A model generated the notes under the pieces. It was not told the DNA's origin. It searched no databases and saw only the letters and a list, made by a program, of their open reading frames with translations. The translations under genes were made by a program, and so were the position numbers. From a virus (taxonomy: Duplodnaviria; Heunggongvirae; Uroviricota; Caudoviricetes): DNA of 64,000 bases. Below are positions 55,393 through 64,000 of the stretch, piece after piece; position 1 is the first letter of the stretch, and each line of letters begins with the position of its first letter. The DNA lies in IMG/VR virus record IMGVR_UViG_3300027710_000009; one strand, given 5' to 3'.

Positions 55393-58300
55393 ATGGCCGC
55401 CACGACAAGACAAACTAACCTGCTGGTGCAACAGGATTGGAAAAAAGTATATCAGAGTTTCCAGAACGCTGATTTCCAAAGCTATGATTTTGAAACATTG
55501 CGCAAGACAATGATTGACTACTTGCGCACGTACTATCCTGAAGATTTCAACGACTTTATTGAATCCAGTGAATACATAGCCCTGATTGACTTGATTGCGT
55601 TTTTAGGGCAGAGTCTTGCATTCCGTGCTGATCTAAATGCTAGGGAAAACTTTATTGACACAGCAGAGCGCCGTGACAGTGTGTTGAAACTGGCTCGTTT
55701 GGTAAGTTATGTACCTAAGAGAAATGTAAGTTCCAGTGGTTTGTTGCGCATTGAAGCAATCAGCACCACAGAAGACATTGTGGACAGCAACGGAATAAAC
55801 CTTGCAAACTTCCCAATCAACTGGAATGATCCTGGCAACGACAACTGGCTTGAACAGTTTAATCTGTTGCTAAACTCCGCTTTGGTAGATAGTCAGGTGG
55901 TTGGAAATCCTGGAAACAATCAAATAATTGGCGGCATTGCCACAGACGAATACAGTCTCAACATATTAAACAATGTGATTCCTACTTTTAATTTTGAAAG
56001 TCAGGTCAATGGTACTGTGATGCGCTTTGAAGTAGTAAGCCCTACCAGCGTGAATCAAGAATATTTGTACGAAGCAGAGCCAAGACCACGCAGTTTGTTT
56101 AACTTGTTGTATCGCAATGATAACCTAGGAAACGACAGCACCAACAGCGGCTGGTTCTTGCACTTCAAGCAAGGTGAACTACGTAACTTAGACTTTACAC
56201 TGGATCAAAAACTGCCCAACCGGGTGGTCAACGTGCAAGTTGACAACATCAACAATGATGATGTTTGGTTGTACCAATTGGACGATGCAGGCAATTACAC
56301 ACAGCTATGGGAAAAAGTAGACAGCGTAAATGGAGTCAACGTGGTATACAATACCAGCGCCACTCGCACATTGTATCAGGTCAACACACGTGTTGGCGAT
56401 CAAATTGATCTAGTGTTTGGCGATGGTGCATTTGCAGATATTCCAAGTGGAAGATTCCGTTTGTTTTATCGAGTAAGCAATGCACTAGACTACAAAATTT
56501 CTCCAAGCGAAATGCAAAACATATTGATTCCCTTTACCTATGTGAGTCGTCAGAATCGCAGTGAATCGCTGACCGTACGTGCTAGTTTGTACTATACGGT
56601 AAACAATGCCAGTGGTCGCGAATCTCTAGCAGAAATTAAAAACAAAGCACCACAGCAGTACTACACACAAAATCGCATGATAACTGGCGAGGACTACAAC
56701 ATCCTGCCATTTACAAAATTTAATAGTATTCTTAAAATAAAGAGTACCAATCGTTCTAGTTCTGGTATCAGTCGTTATTTGGACACAGTTGACGTAACTG
56801 GAAAATATTCCAGCACCAATATCTTTGCTGAAGACGGTATTTTATATCGTAACGAAACCATTGACAGCGTGGAATTTATTCCACGCACCAGCGGTGATAT
56901 TATTGGACAAATCAATGAGGTATTGAACAACCAACTGTTGGTTGATAACTACGTGGCATTTAGTCAGTTTATCTATGCCAAGCTACGCAGATTCACCACA
57001 ACTGACGTTGAAATCAACGGCAGTATCTTTACGTCAGCCTGGCAGCAAATGACAGTGAGCACCAATCAAAGCACAGGATTTCTAACGTTGAATTCATCGT
57101 ACCTTGCTACAATTAATCCTGCCACTGGCAATCAGTCTGCAAATACTCTTGCACTGCCTGCACTCAAAGTAGGACAAGCCAGCTCCAATAGTCTACGTTA
57201 TGTCAAGCCTGGATCAATTATCAAGTTCCGTGCCAGTGGTAGTAATTCTCTTGTGGCCAAGTATTTCAACGCGGCAAATGAAATAGTCACTGGCTTTCCA
57301 AGCGTAACAGGTGACAAGTTATTTTTGTATGCCACTGTTGTCAACGTTGCTGGTGACGGCACTGGCAACGGCGTGCTAACAGTCAGTGACAGCGGTCCAA
57401 TTACATTGAGTACCTTTGTGCCAACTGGTGCATACATTGAGGAAATTATTCCTAAGATATATAATATTATTCCGCAAGATGTTTTGCGTAGTGCAGTGAC
57501 ATTGATTTCTAGTAAGAAAAACTTTGGACTCAGACTTGACCAAGTGCTAGGCACCTGGAATATTATACAACCACAGAACTTAAAGTTAAAACAGGATGAC
57601 TCAGTGCTGATTAATACTGATGGATACACCGCTGAATATTCAGATACCAATTCTGGTGATGTGTCTAGCGCAAGTCTTGACAGTTCGTGGATCATTTCGT
57701 TCGTGAGTGGAACTTTTGGTTACAATATCTATTATCGCCAAATCAATTATATTTTTGAAAGTGCGCAGGAAACTAAATTTTATTTTGATCCCAGGGTGCG
57801 TGTGTACGACAGCAAGAGTGCAACCACATTGAGCGATCAAATCAAAGTGCTTCGTTCTAATAGTGTGCCTGATGGTAACACAGCGTTGTACGAAGACAAA
57901 ACTTGGTTTATTTACAAGATGATTGTGGATCCAGATGGTCGTGAAAACACCAGTAAGATTCTAGTTAAATTTGCAGACAGCAACAGAGACGGCGTACCCG
58001 ACAACCCAGACATTTTTGAAGAGTTGGTAAATCCTGCGGTCAACCCAACCAACAAGTATGTGTACTTTGAACGCACTTTCAACACCAACAGTTTTGTTCA
58101 ATACAAACCAATTGACAGCATTTTGGTATCCACACTGTATGGATCGCAGGGCGAAATTGTGCAGGCTTATAATTTGTACGAAGATGGACAAATTTTTTAT
58201 GCCACTGACGAAAACAAATTCTATGATTTGACCGTGACTTCTGTTAGGGGAATTGAAACACGCAGTCTCACACAAAGCAACAACGGTGACAAGTATCTTT

Positions 58301-58926
58301 GGTTGTTTGGCCGTACAAATGTGTATTTCCAATACCGCCATTTAAGCCCAGCCAATCGCAGAATTGATCCAAGCCCCAACAACATTGTGGACTTGTATAT
58401 TCTAACCAAACAATATGCAGATGATTATTCAATTTGGATTAGAGACACCAGTGGTAAAATTGCTGAGCCTGAAAAAACTGATGTTGAACAACTTCGTCTT
58501 GCATATGGAGAATTGGAAAATTTCAAAACTATCAGTGATACAATTATCTACAATCCTGCAAGATTCAAGCCAGTGTTTGGCGCCAAGGCAAACGAAAGCC
58601 TGCGGGCAAAGTTCAAAGTTGTAAAAAACAGTGAAGCTGTTATAAGTGACAACGACATAAAGGTAGCAGTAATTACTGCAATCAACAAGTATTTTGATAC
58701 TGCCAACTGGGACTTTGGTGAAAGTTTTTATTTTAGTGAACTTAGCGCATATCTACATGCCGAGCTCAACACAAGGATTAGTAGTATTATTATTGTTCCT
58801 AAAAACACACAACAAAGTTTTGGTAATCTTTATCAAATCAACGCAGAACCAGATGAAATTATTATCAGCTGTGCAACGCCGGATGACGTTGAAATTATCA
58901 CAGCTATCACAGCAGTACAACTATAA
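55393..58926 (+). CDS. gp6: Baseplate wedge subunit (T4 gp6-like), 1177 aa
   Basis: YDFETLR, ENFIDTAERRDSVLKLAR...Y.P, FGDG, ESLAEIK.KAP..YYTQNRMITGEDY and FGESFYFSEL motifs. Confidence 0.88.
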   Translation: MAATTRQTNLLVQQDWKKVYQSFQNADFQSYDFETLRKTMIDYLRTYYPEDFNDFIESSEYIALIDLIAFLGQSLAFRADLNARENFIDTAERRDSVLKLARLVSYVPKRNVSSSGLLRIEAISTTEDIVDSNGINLANFPINWNDPGNDNWLEQFNLLLNSALVDSQVVGNPGNNQIIGGIATDEYSLNILNNVIPTFNFESQVNGTVMRFEVVSPTSVNQEYLYEAEPRPRSLFNLLYRNDNLGNDSTNSGWFLHFKQGELRNLDFTLDQKLPNRVVNVQVDNINNDDVWLYQLDDAGNYTQLWEKVDSVNGVNVVYNTSATRTLYQVNTRVGDQIDLVFGDGAFADIPSGRFRLFYRVSNALDYKISPSEMQNILIPFTYVSRQNRSESLTVRASLYYTVNNASGRESLAEIKNKAPQQYYTQNRMITGEDYNILPFTKFNSILKIKSTNRSSSGISRYLDTVDVTGKYSSTNIFAEDGILYRNETIDSVEFIPRTSGDIIGQINEVLNNQLLVDNYVAFSQFIYAKLRRFTTTDVEINGSIFTSAWQQMTVSTNQSTGFLTLNSSYLATINPATGNQSANTLALPALKVGQASSNSLRYVKPGSIIKFRASGSNSLVAKYFNAANEIVTGFPSVTGDKLFLYATVVNVAGDGTGNGVLTVSDSGPITLSTFVPTGAYIEEIIPKIYNIIPQDVLRSAVTLISSKKNFGLRLDQVLGTWNIIQPQNLKLKQDDSVLINTDGYTAEYSDTNSGDVSSASLDSSWIISFVSGTFGYNIYYRQINYIFESAQETKFYFDPRVRVYDSKSATTLSDQIKVLRSNSVPDGNTALYEDKTWFIYKMIVDPDGRENTSKILVKFADSNRDGVPDNPDIFEELVNPAVNPTNKYVYFERTFNTNSFVQYKPIDSILVSTLYGSQGEIVQAYNLYEDGQIFYATDENKFYDLTVTSVRGIETRSLTQSNNGDKYLWLFGRTNVYFQYRHLSPANRRIDPSPNNIVDLYILTKQYADDYSIWIRDTSGKIAEPEKTDVEQLRLAYGELENFKTISDTIIYNPARFKPVFGAKANESLRAKFKVVKNSEAVISDNDIKVAVITAINKYFDTANWDFGESFYFSELSAYLHAELNTRISSIIIVPKNTQQSFGNLYQINAEPDEIIISCATPDDVEIITAITAVQL

Positions 58927-58935
58927 AATGACCGT

Positions 58936-61900
58936 ATGAGCATCAAAAGCATAAATCTTTTACCCGAAGTATTTCGTACAGAGCCTAACCGCAAGTTTCT
59001 GGCAGCAACCATTGATCAGTTGATCAGTGAAGGCGATCAAAGTGTAAGATTAGATTCCTACATTGGTCGTAAAAATGCTCCCACTTGGAAAACTGGTGAC
59101 ACCTATGTGAAAGAAACCAATAGCGATAGACAAAATTATCAGCTTGAAACATCAGTCATTGTTGATGGTGGACAAGGCCGCACAGATTTTTACAGCAGTT
59201 ATCTAGACCTATTGCAACAAATTGCATACTATGGTGGTATTACCACAGACCATAGCAGATTATTTGCCAATCAGAGTTATACATTTGATGGATGTTTTGA
59301 TGTTGATAAATTTGTAAACTTCAACAATTATCTATGGCTTCCAAATGGCCCACCAGAGATTACTATCACGGCTGGCAATCAAGACATTGCATTAGAATAC
59401 AGTGTTGTTCGCAATCTCAATGCACGTGGATATCAGTTTACCGAGTATGGAGACAACAGAAATCCCATTATTACATTGGTAAAAGGTCAGTCTTACAAAT
59501 TCTTAATCAACCAAACAGGAAATCCTTTTTGGATTCAAACAGCCGCTGGTGTATCAGGCACACTAGGGCCTGTTGCTGAACAGTTGAACAGACAGATACT
59601 GGGACTAAGCAATAACGGAATTGATTCAGGCATACTTGAATTCAATGTGCCACTAGGTGATGCACAAGACGTACAGGTCACTGCTGTGTCTGCAGCCACA
59701 GTGGACTTTGCTACCACTGCCAGCTACAGCAAAATTCAAAGTTATTTGGTAAATCAACTGGCCAAACAAGGCGGCATTGACGGAGTAAGTCAAGGACTGA
59801 ATGGAAAAACCCTTGTGTTTGCAAATGCAGATGTGGACAACGAACTGTGGAAAGATGCCGGCAATTTTGATTTTGACAAGTTTGACGAAACACCATTTGA
59901 ATATGGCGAACTGGTGCCAGGCGAAAAACGTCGCTGGGTGTTCCGCATTCGTACAATTGATGTAGGAAACAATCGCCAAATTATAAAACTTGATCCTATC
60001 ACTGAAGTATTACCTGGCCAGAAAGTCTATGTAAAAGCCGGACAAAGATATTCCAACGTTGAATTATTGTTAAACAACAGTGGGTTCTATGAAACTATAG
60101 ATCCTATCACTGCACCGTTGGACACACTGTACTATCAAGACAATTCAGAGCCTGGCTTCTTTGGCATCATACGTTTGGTCAATCCAGGCACAGAAACCAT
60201 CAACATTGACAATGACATCATTGGAACAGAAAACTATACCAGCCCTAATCAAGTTGTATTGACCAATGGCATGCATATCAAGTTTGATAACACTGCTACT
60301 CCAGCAAGATATGCAAACAACAACTATATTGTTGAAGGTGTTGGCACAGCAATTAAACTAATCAACGTTGGTAATTTCACTGTGCCAGAACAATACGCAG
60401 TTGACAGCGGATTAGCGACTCCGGACTACATCACTATCAATCGTGCCAGCAAAGATCTCAATGCATGGAGCCGTAGCAATCGCTGGTTCCATATAAGCAC
60501 CATTGAAGACGCCGCCAAATATAGAGAAGATCCAACACTGTTGGATCTATCAATGGTTCAGCGTGGCAAACGCCCAATTATTGAGTTTGATCCAAACATC
60601 TATTTGTTTGACTATGGCCGTACATCCAAGAGCCCAGTGGACATTATTGATTTTACAATAACCAATGCTTTCCAAGACGTTGAAGGTCAAGAGTACTATA
60701 CAGTACGCATGCCTAACGGAATTGTTCGTCAGCTGACACCAGGTGTTCGAGTAATTTTTGCAGCCGACGATGATCTTGAAGTGCGCCGTAGAATATATCG
60801 AGTGGATTTTATCACAACATCAACTGGTAACAGAATTCACTTGGTAAGCCAAAACACACAAGATTTACCTGCATACGAAGTTGCTGGTGTAACTATTACC
60901 AGCAACTTGTCTTATAATTTTATACCAACTGTTACTTTTGCCAAGCCATTGCCAGGTATCGGCACACGAGTTGCACAAGGCAATGTGGTACTTAAAAATA
61001 GTGGAATTGAAAGCATTGATATTGCTTACGGTGGTGTCAACTTTATTGCTGATCCCTATATTAAAATCAACAGCGACTACATTGATCAAGTTCAAACAGA
61101 AATTAACTATCGCACATTCAAACAGATAGATTATGTTAGAATTGATTCTGCTGGTACCGGCTATACAACTACAACTCCTAACATCAGCATTAGCAACCCA
61201 AATCAATATTGGGCAACAGTAACAAATGTGAGTCTTGGCACATCAGGTTTGACATTTGAAGTGGCAGCAGGTCCATTAATTAATCCTCCGACCACTGGTG
61301 TGATTCAAGTTGACGGATCTGGCAATGTGGTTGCTACATTTGGCAATATTGGACTTGGGTATTACCAAGCAAACGTGAGTGCAAGCATCAGCGCCCCAAC
61401 TGCACCTGCAGGCACAGTACCAGTTGTAAACAATGTTTATTTGTATGCAAATGGAGCAATTAAATCTATTAGATTAAGCAGTTATGGATCCGGATACCTA
61501 ACTGCGCCTACTATTACATTCACTGGCGCAAACACCTACACTGCTTCAGTAACTACAGTTGGTCGAGTTACAACATCTGCCACATTGTGGGATTTCCTAA
61601 CACCGGGATATCAAATTATTGCCAATGGTATCATTGGTGGCACAATCGTTTCTGCAATTGACAATGAAGCAAATTTAATTACAATCAATGCGCCAGCTGT
61701 GTCTGCAAATCTAGAAGCTGCCACTCCATTAACTGGAGTAAGCACAGTTTCAGTTGGTGATTTGTGGACCTTCAAAGCCAATGCAACTGCTGGCACATTT
61801 GCAACTGCCACAGCAACACAATTGGCCAGCAAATCAGTCAAAGTCAACGATACCAGCATGTTAGATGTTGGAATGGTTATAAGTGGCGGTATTGACCCAG

Positions 61901-64000
61901 TATTGATTTCTGATATTCGTATTGATGTTGTTCCAACAAGAATTATTACTGCGTCTAACCACGGATTTGTTGACAAAGACCTTGTCTACATACGAAATAT
62001 TGTAGGCACAGTAGAACTAAACTTTTCTCGATACTATGTCAAGCGCATTAGTGAAAATGCAATTGACTTGTATGCAAGCAGTGACTTGTCAGACGCATCA
62101 GCGCAAGACTCTCGTAACTTTACAGATTATCTAAGTGGCGGACAGATAACTGCGTACACCATTGACTATGCAACTACTAGAGTAACAAAAGTATTGAGCG
62201 AAACTGAATTTGAAGTTAATCGTGAAATTAGTATTCTTAACGGAACCAAACTAGTGTTTGGTGGTGTGCCAGCACAGTCTGTTGCTCGCAGTGATGGTAA
62301 CGCAATCTATAACATCAGCATTACGGAACCTGGCAGTGGATATACCACGGTTCCAAACGTAACAATTGAATCTAGCCTTGGCAATCAAGCAGTTGCATCC
62401 GCTATTACAAATGATAATATCATTAATTATATCCGTATTGTTGATCCTGGTACAGGATACACAGTGTCGTCGGCTACCACAGCCGACATTATCAGTGAAG
62501 TAGAAGTTTTAACTTCGGCAGTTTCTACCTACGGATCAACAACATTGTATTTTGACAATGCCGACGATTTGCTTCCTGTACAAACAGGATGGTTGGCATT
62601 TTTAGTATCAACCATTAATGGAGAAGAAATTCTCACAGACTTTGGACAAGAGCCATATGCGGCAACTGATACCACAGGACCAAATACAAACACGTTCCAG
62701 TCATTCATGGACGTGAGTAAAACTACTGCCATTGTTCGATCAGTTATCAATGTTGACAGTGATCAAATTATTCTAAGCGGTCCAATTAATGCTCAGGACA
62801 GCGACGGCGAGTTGATTGACCTCCCAGCTGGGTCACGTATCGTGTTCACTGCCCAGAATAGATTTTTTACCACAGAAGGTGTAGGAAGTAGCGCAAGATT
62901 TAACGGCCATACAAAAACTGGATTTATTAGTGTTAATGAATTGGTTGACGAAACTGTCATGGCACTAGATAATGTAAATGGTGTCCAGCCAGGCATGTTG
63001 GTTGGAGATCTGGCCGGGTTACTGCCTGCAGGTATTCAAGTCCGCACAGTTGATGCATATACCAGAAGAATTACACTAAACAATTCTGTTACCCTTCCGT
63101 CGCTGACGCAGGTAACATTCAGTGATTTTGTACAAGCAACACCAGCTGTGGCACCTGCAGAAATTAGCAGTATCACCATTACTGATCCAGGACTGGGTTA
63201 TGTGCATGCACCTGAGATAATCATACAGGCGCTGGTGCCTGTGGTAGAATTAATTGGTGCCTGCACCGGAAGTGATCAATTGGCCACGTACCTGGATCCA
63301 ATCACATTAGATCCAGTGCTTTATCAATCTGGAAACGTAATTATTGTTGATAGCTATGATGGTGTAGTGATTGGCAGCAAGTTGACCAGTAACTATAATA
63401 ATCAAGGCGTAGGTGTAACCACTGGTGCAGATCGACCAACAGTTGTGGCACTGGTATTAGAACAAACAGCCAGCGCAGTGTTTGAACCAAGAATTGTAAT
63501 TGATAAAAAACAGTCAGAGTTCAACGACATCATTATTACATTCACACAAGCCGCTGAAGGTGTGGCACAGATTGTTCAATACAATAATGCAATTGATTAT
63601 CAAGATGACACACCAGAAACATATGATGTTGACGACACTGTTGTTGTCAACATTCCTGCCAATCAGGAACAAACAACAACAAATGTGATAGCATACAATC
63701 AATTTTATTTTGATGGTATTGCTTGGTCACCAAGTCAACAAAAACAAGATACAAATCAAGAACCATTGTATGATGCATTTGATACCAATGGGGATAGTGC
63801 CGGTGACACATCAGTGTACCAGGGAACTAAATTTATTGGAACTAGAATTTTTGGTTACAAGTTGGGTGCTGGAAAAAGCGACAATGTATTGAATTTTCCA
63901 TTGAGTTATAAGAATTTTGAAAACGTTGGTGATATTGAATTTAGTAATTATTTCCAGACTGACTCGTTCAACTTCTTGGACGGATTTGCTGAAACAAATA
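58936..64000 (+). CDS. Very large baseplate wedge-type structural protein (gp7-like position), 3'-truncated, >1688 aa
   Basis: Absent from the ORF track, consistent with having no stop before the window end. Reads MSIKSINLLPEVFRTEPNRKFLAATIDQL..., DKFVNFNNYLWLP.GP, PDYITINRAS.DLNAWSRSNRWFH, KRPIIEF, and is still in frame at LSYKNFENVGDIEF near 63900. Confidence 0.85.
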   Translation, partial: MSIKSINLLPEVFRTEPNRKFLAATIDQLISEGDQSVRLDSYIGRKNAPTWKTGDTYVKETNSDRQNYQLETSVIVDGGQGRTDFYSSYLDLLQQIAYYGGITTDHSRLFANQSYTFDGCFDVDKFVNFNNYLWLPNGPPEITITAGNQDIALEYSVVRNLNARGYQFTEYGDNRNPIITLVKGQSYKFLINQTGNPFWIQTAAGVSGTLGPVAEQLNRQILGLSNNGIDSGILEFNVPLGDAQDVQVTAVSAATVDFATTASYSKIQSYLVNQLAKQGGIDGVSQGLNGKTLVFANADVDNELWKDAGNFDFDKFDETPFEYGELVPGEKRRWVFRIRTIDVGNNRQIIKLDPITEVLPGQKVYVKAGQRYSNVELLLNNSGFYETIDPITAPLDTLYYQDNSEPGFFGIIRLVNPGTETINIDNDIIGTENYTSPNQVVLTNGMHIKFDNTATPARYANNNYIVEGVGTAIKLINVGNFTVPEQYAVDSGLATPDYITINRASKDLNAWSRSNRWFHISTIEDAAKYREDPTLLDLSMVQRGKRPIIEFDPNIYLFDYGRTSKSPVDIIDFTITNAFQDVEGQEYYTVRMPNGIVRQLTPGVRVIFAADDDLEVRRRIYRVDFITTSTGNRIHLVSQNTQDLPAYEVAGVTITSNLSYNFIPTVTFAKPLPGIGTRVAQGNVVLKNSGIESIDIAYGGVNFIADPYIKINSDYIDQVQTEINYRTFKQIDYVRIDSAGTGYTTTTPNISISNPNQYWATVTNVSLGTSGLTFEVAAGPLINPPTTGVIQVDGSGNVVATFGNIGLGYYQANVSASISAPTAPAGTVPVVNNVYLYANGAIKSIRLSSYGSGYLTAPTITFTGANTYTASVTTVGRVTTSATLWDFLTPGYQIIANGIIGGTIVSAIDNEANLITINAPAVSANLEAATPLTGVSTVSVGDLWTFKANATAGTFATATATQLASKSVKVNDTSMLDVGMVISGGIDPVLISDIRIDVVPTRIITASNHGFVDKDLVYIRNIVGTVELNFSRYYVKRISENAIDLYASSDLSDASAQDSRNFTDYLSGGQITAYTIDYATTRVTKVLSETEFEVNREISILNGTKLVFGGVPAQSVARSDGNAIYNISITEPGSGYTTVPNVTIESSLGNQAVASAITNDNIINYIRIVDPGTGYTVSSATTADIISEVEVLTSAVSTYGSTTLYFDNADDLLPVQTGWLAFLVSTINGEEILTDFGQEPYAATDTTGPNTNTFQSFMDVSKTTAIVRSVINVDSDQIILSGPINAQDSDGELIDLPAGSRIVFTAQNRFFTTEGVGSSARFNGHTKTGFISVNELVDETVMALDNVNGVQPGMLVGDLAGLLPAGIQVRTVDAYTRRITLNNSVTLPSLTQVTFSDFVQATPAVAPAEISSITITDPGLGYVHAPEIIIQALVPVVELIGACTGSDQLATYLDPITLDPVLYQSGNVIIVDSYDGVVIGSKLTSNYNNQGVGVTTGADRPTVVALVLEQTASAVFEPRIVIDKKQSEFNDIIITFTQAAEGVAQIVQYNNAIDYQDDTPETYDVDDTVVVNIPANQEQTTTNVIAYNQFYFDGIAWSPSQQKQDTNQEPLYDAFDTNGDSAGDTSVYQGTKFIGTRIFGYKLGAGKSDNVLNFPLSYKNFENVGDIEFSNYFQTDSFNFLDGFAETN

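Noticed and set aside
1-64000. tRNA genes, integrase or transposase
   Set aside because: None recognised. Intergenic gaps are short and show no cloverleaf or TTCGAA arm in tRNA context.

Overview
The window is part of a large T4-like (Tevenvirinae/jumbo-type) myovirus genome and covers most of the virion module. The minus-strand block at 1.5-38 kb holds fibre and virion proteins (including a 3940-aa protein built from 18 repeated modules), major capsid protein, scaffold, prohead protease, portal and a tape-measure-like protein. A gp26/gp51-like pair follows on the + strand and is probably joined by a -1 frameshift. Next is a minus-strand operon of gp47, gp46 and a Holliday junction resolvase, interleaved with four radical SAM genes and ending in a ~430-nt heavily structured non-coding element. 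A gp55-like late sigma factor precedes a + strand baseplate operon (gp48/54-, gp53-, gp27-, gp5-, gp25- and gp6-like), which ends in a >1688-codon wedge gene that runs off the window and is missing from the ORF track. Structural genes are preceded by a T4-late-like TAAATA box, and three TTGC(A/T)T-17bp-TA(T/A)AAT sigma70-type promoters are present. The best novel candidates are the large structured RNA/ssDNA element (39315-39742), a stand-alone ~70-nt sRNA with its own promoter and terminator (28831-28900), the slippery site fusing gp26-like and gp51-like, and the radical SAM quartet. No tRNA, CRISPR array, intron, intein or mobile element could be supported. All product calls come from motif recognition by eye, not from database searches.
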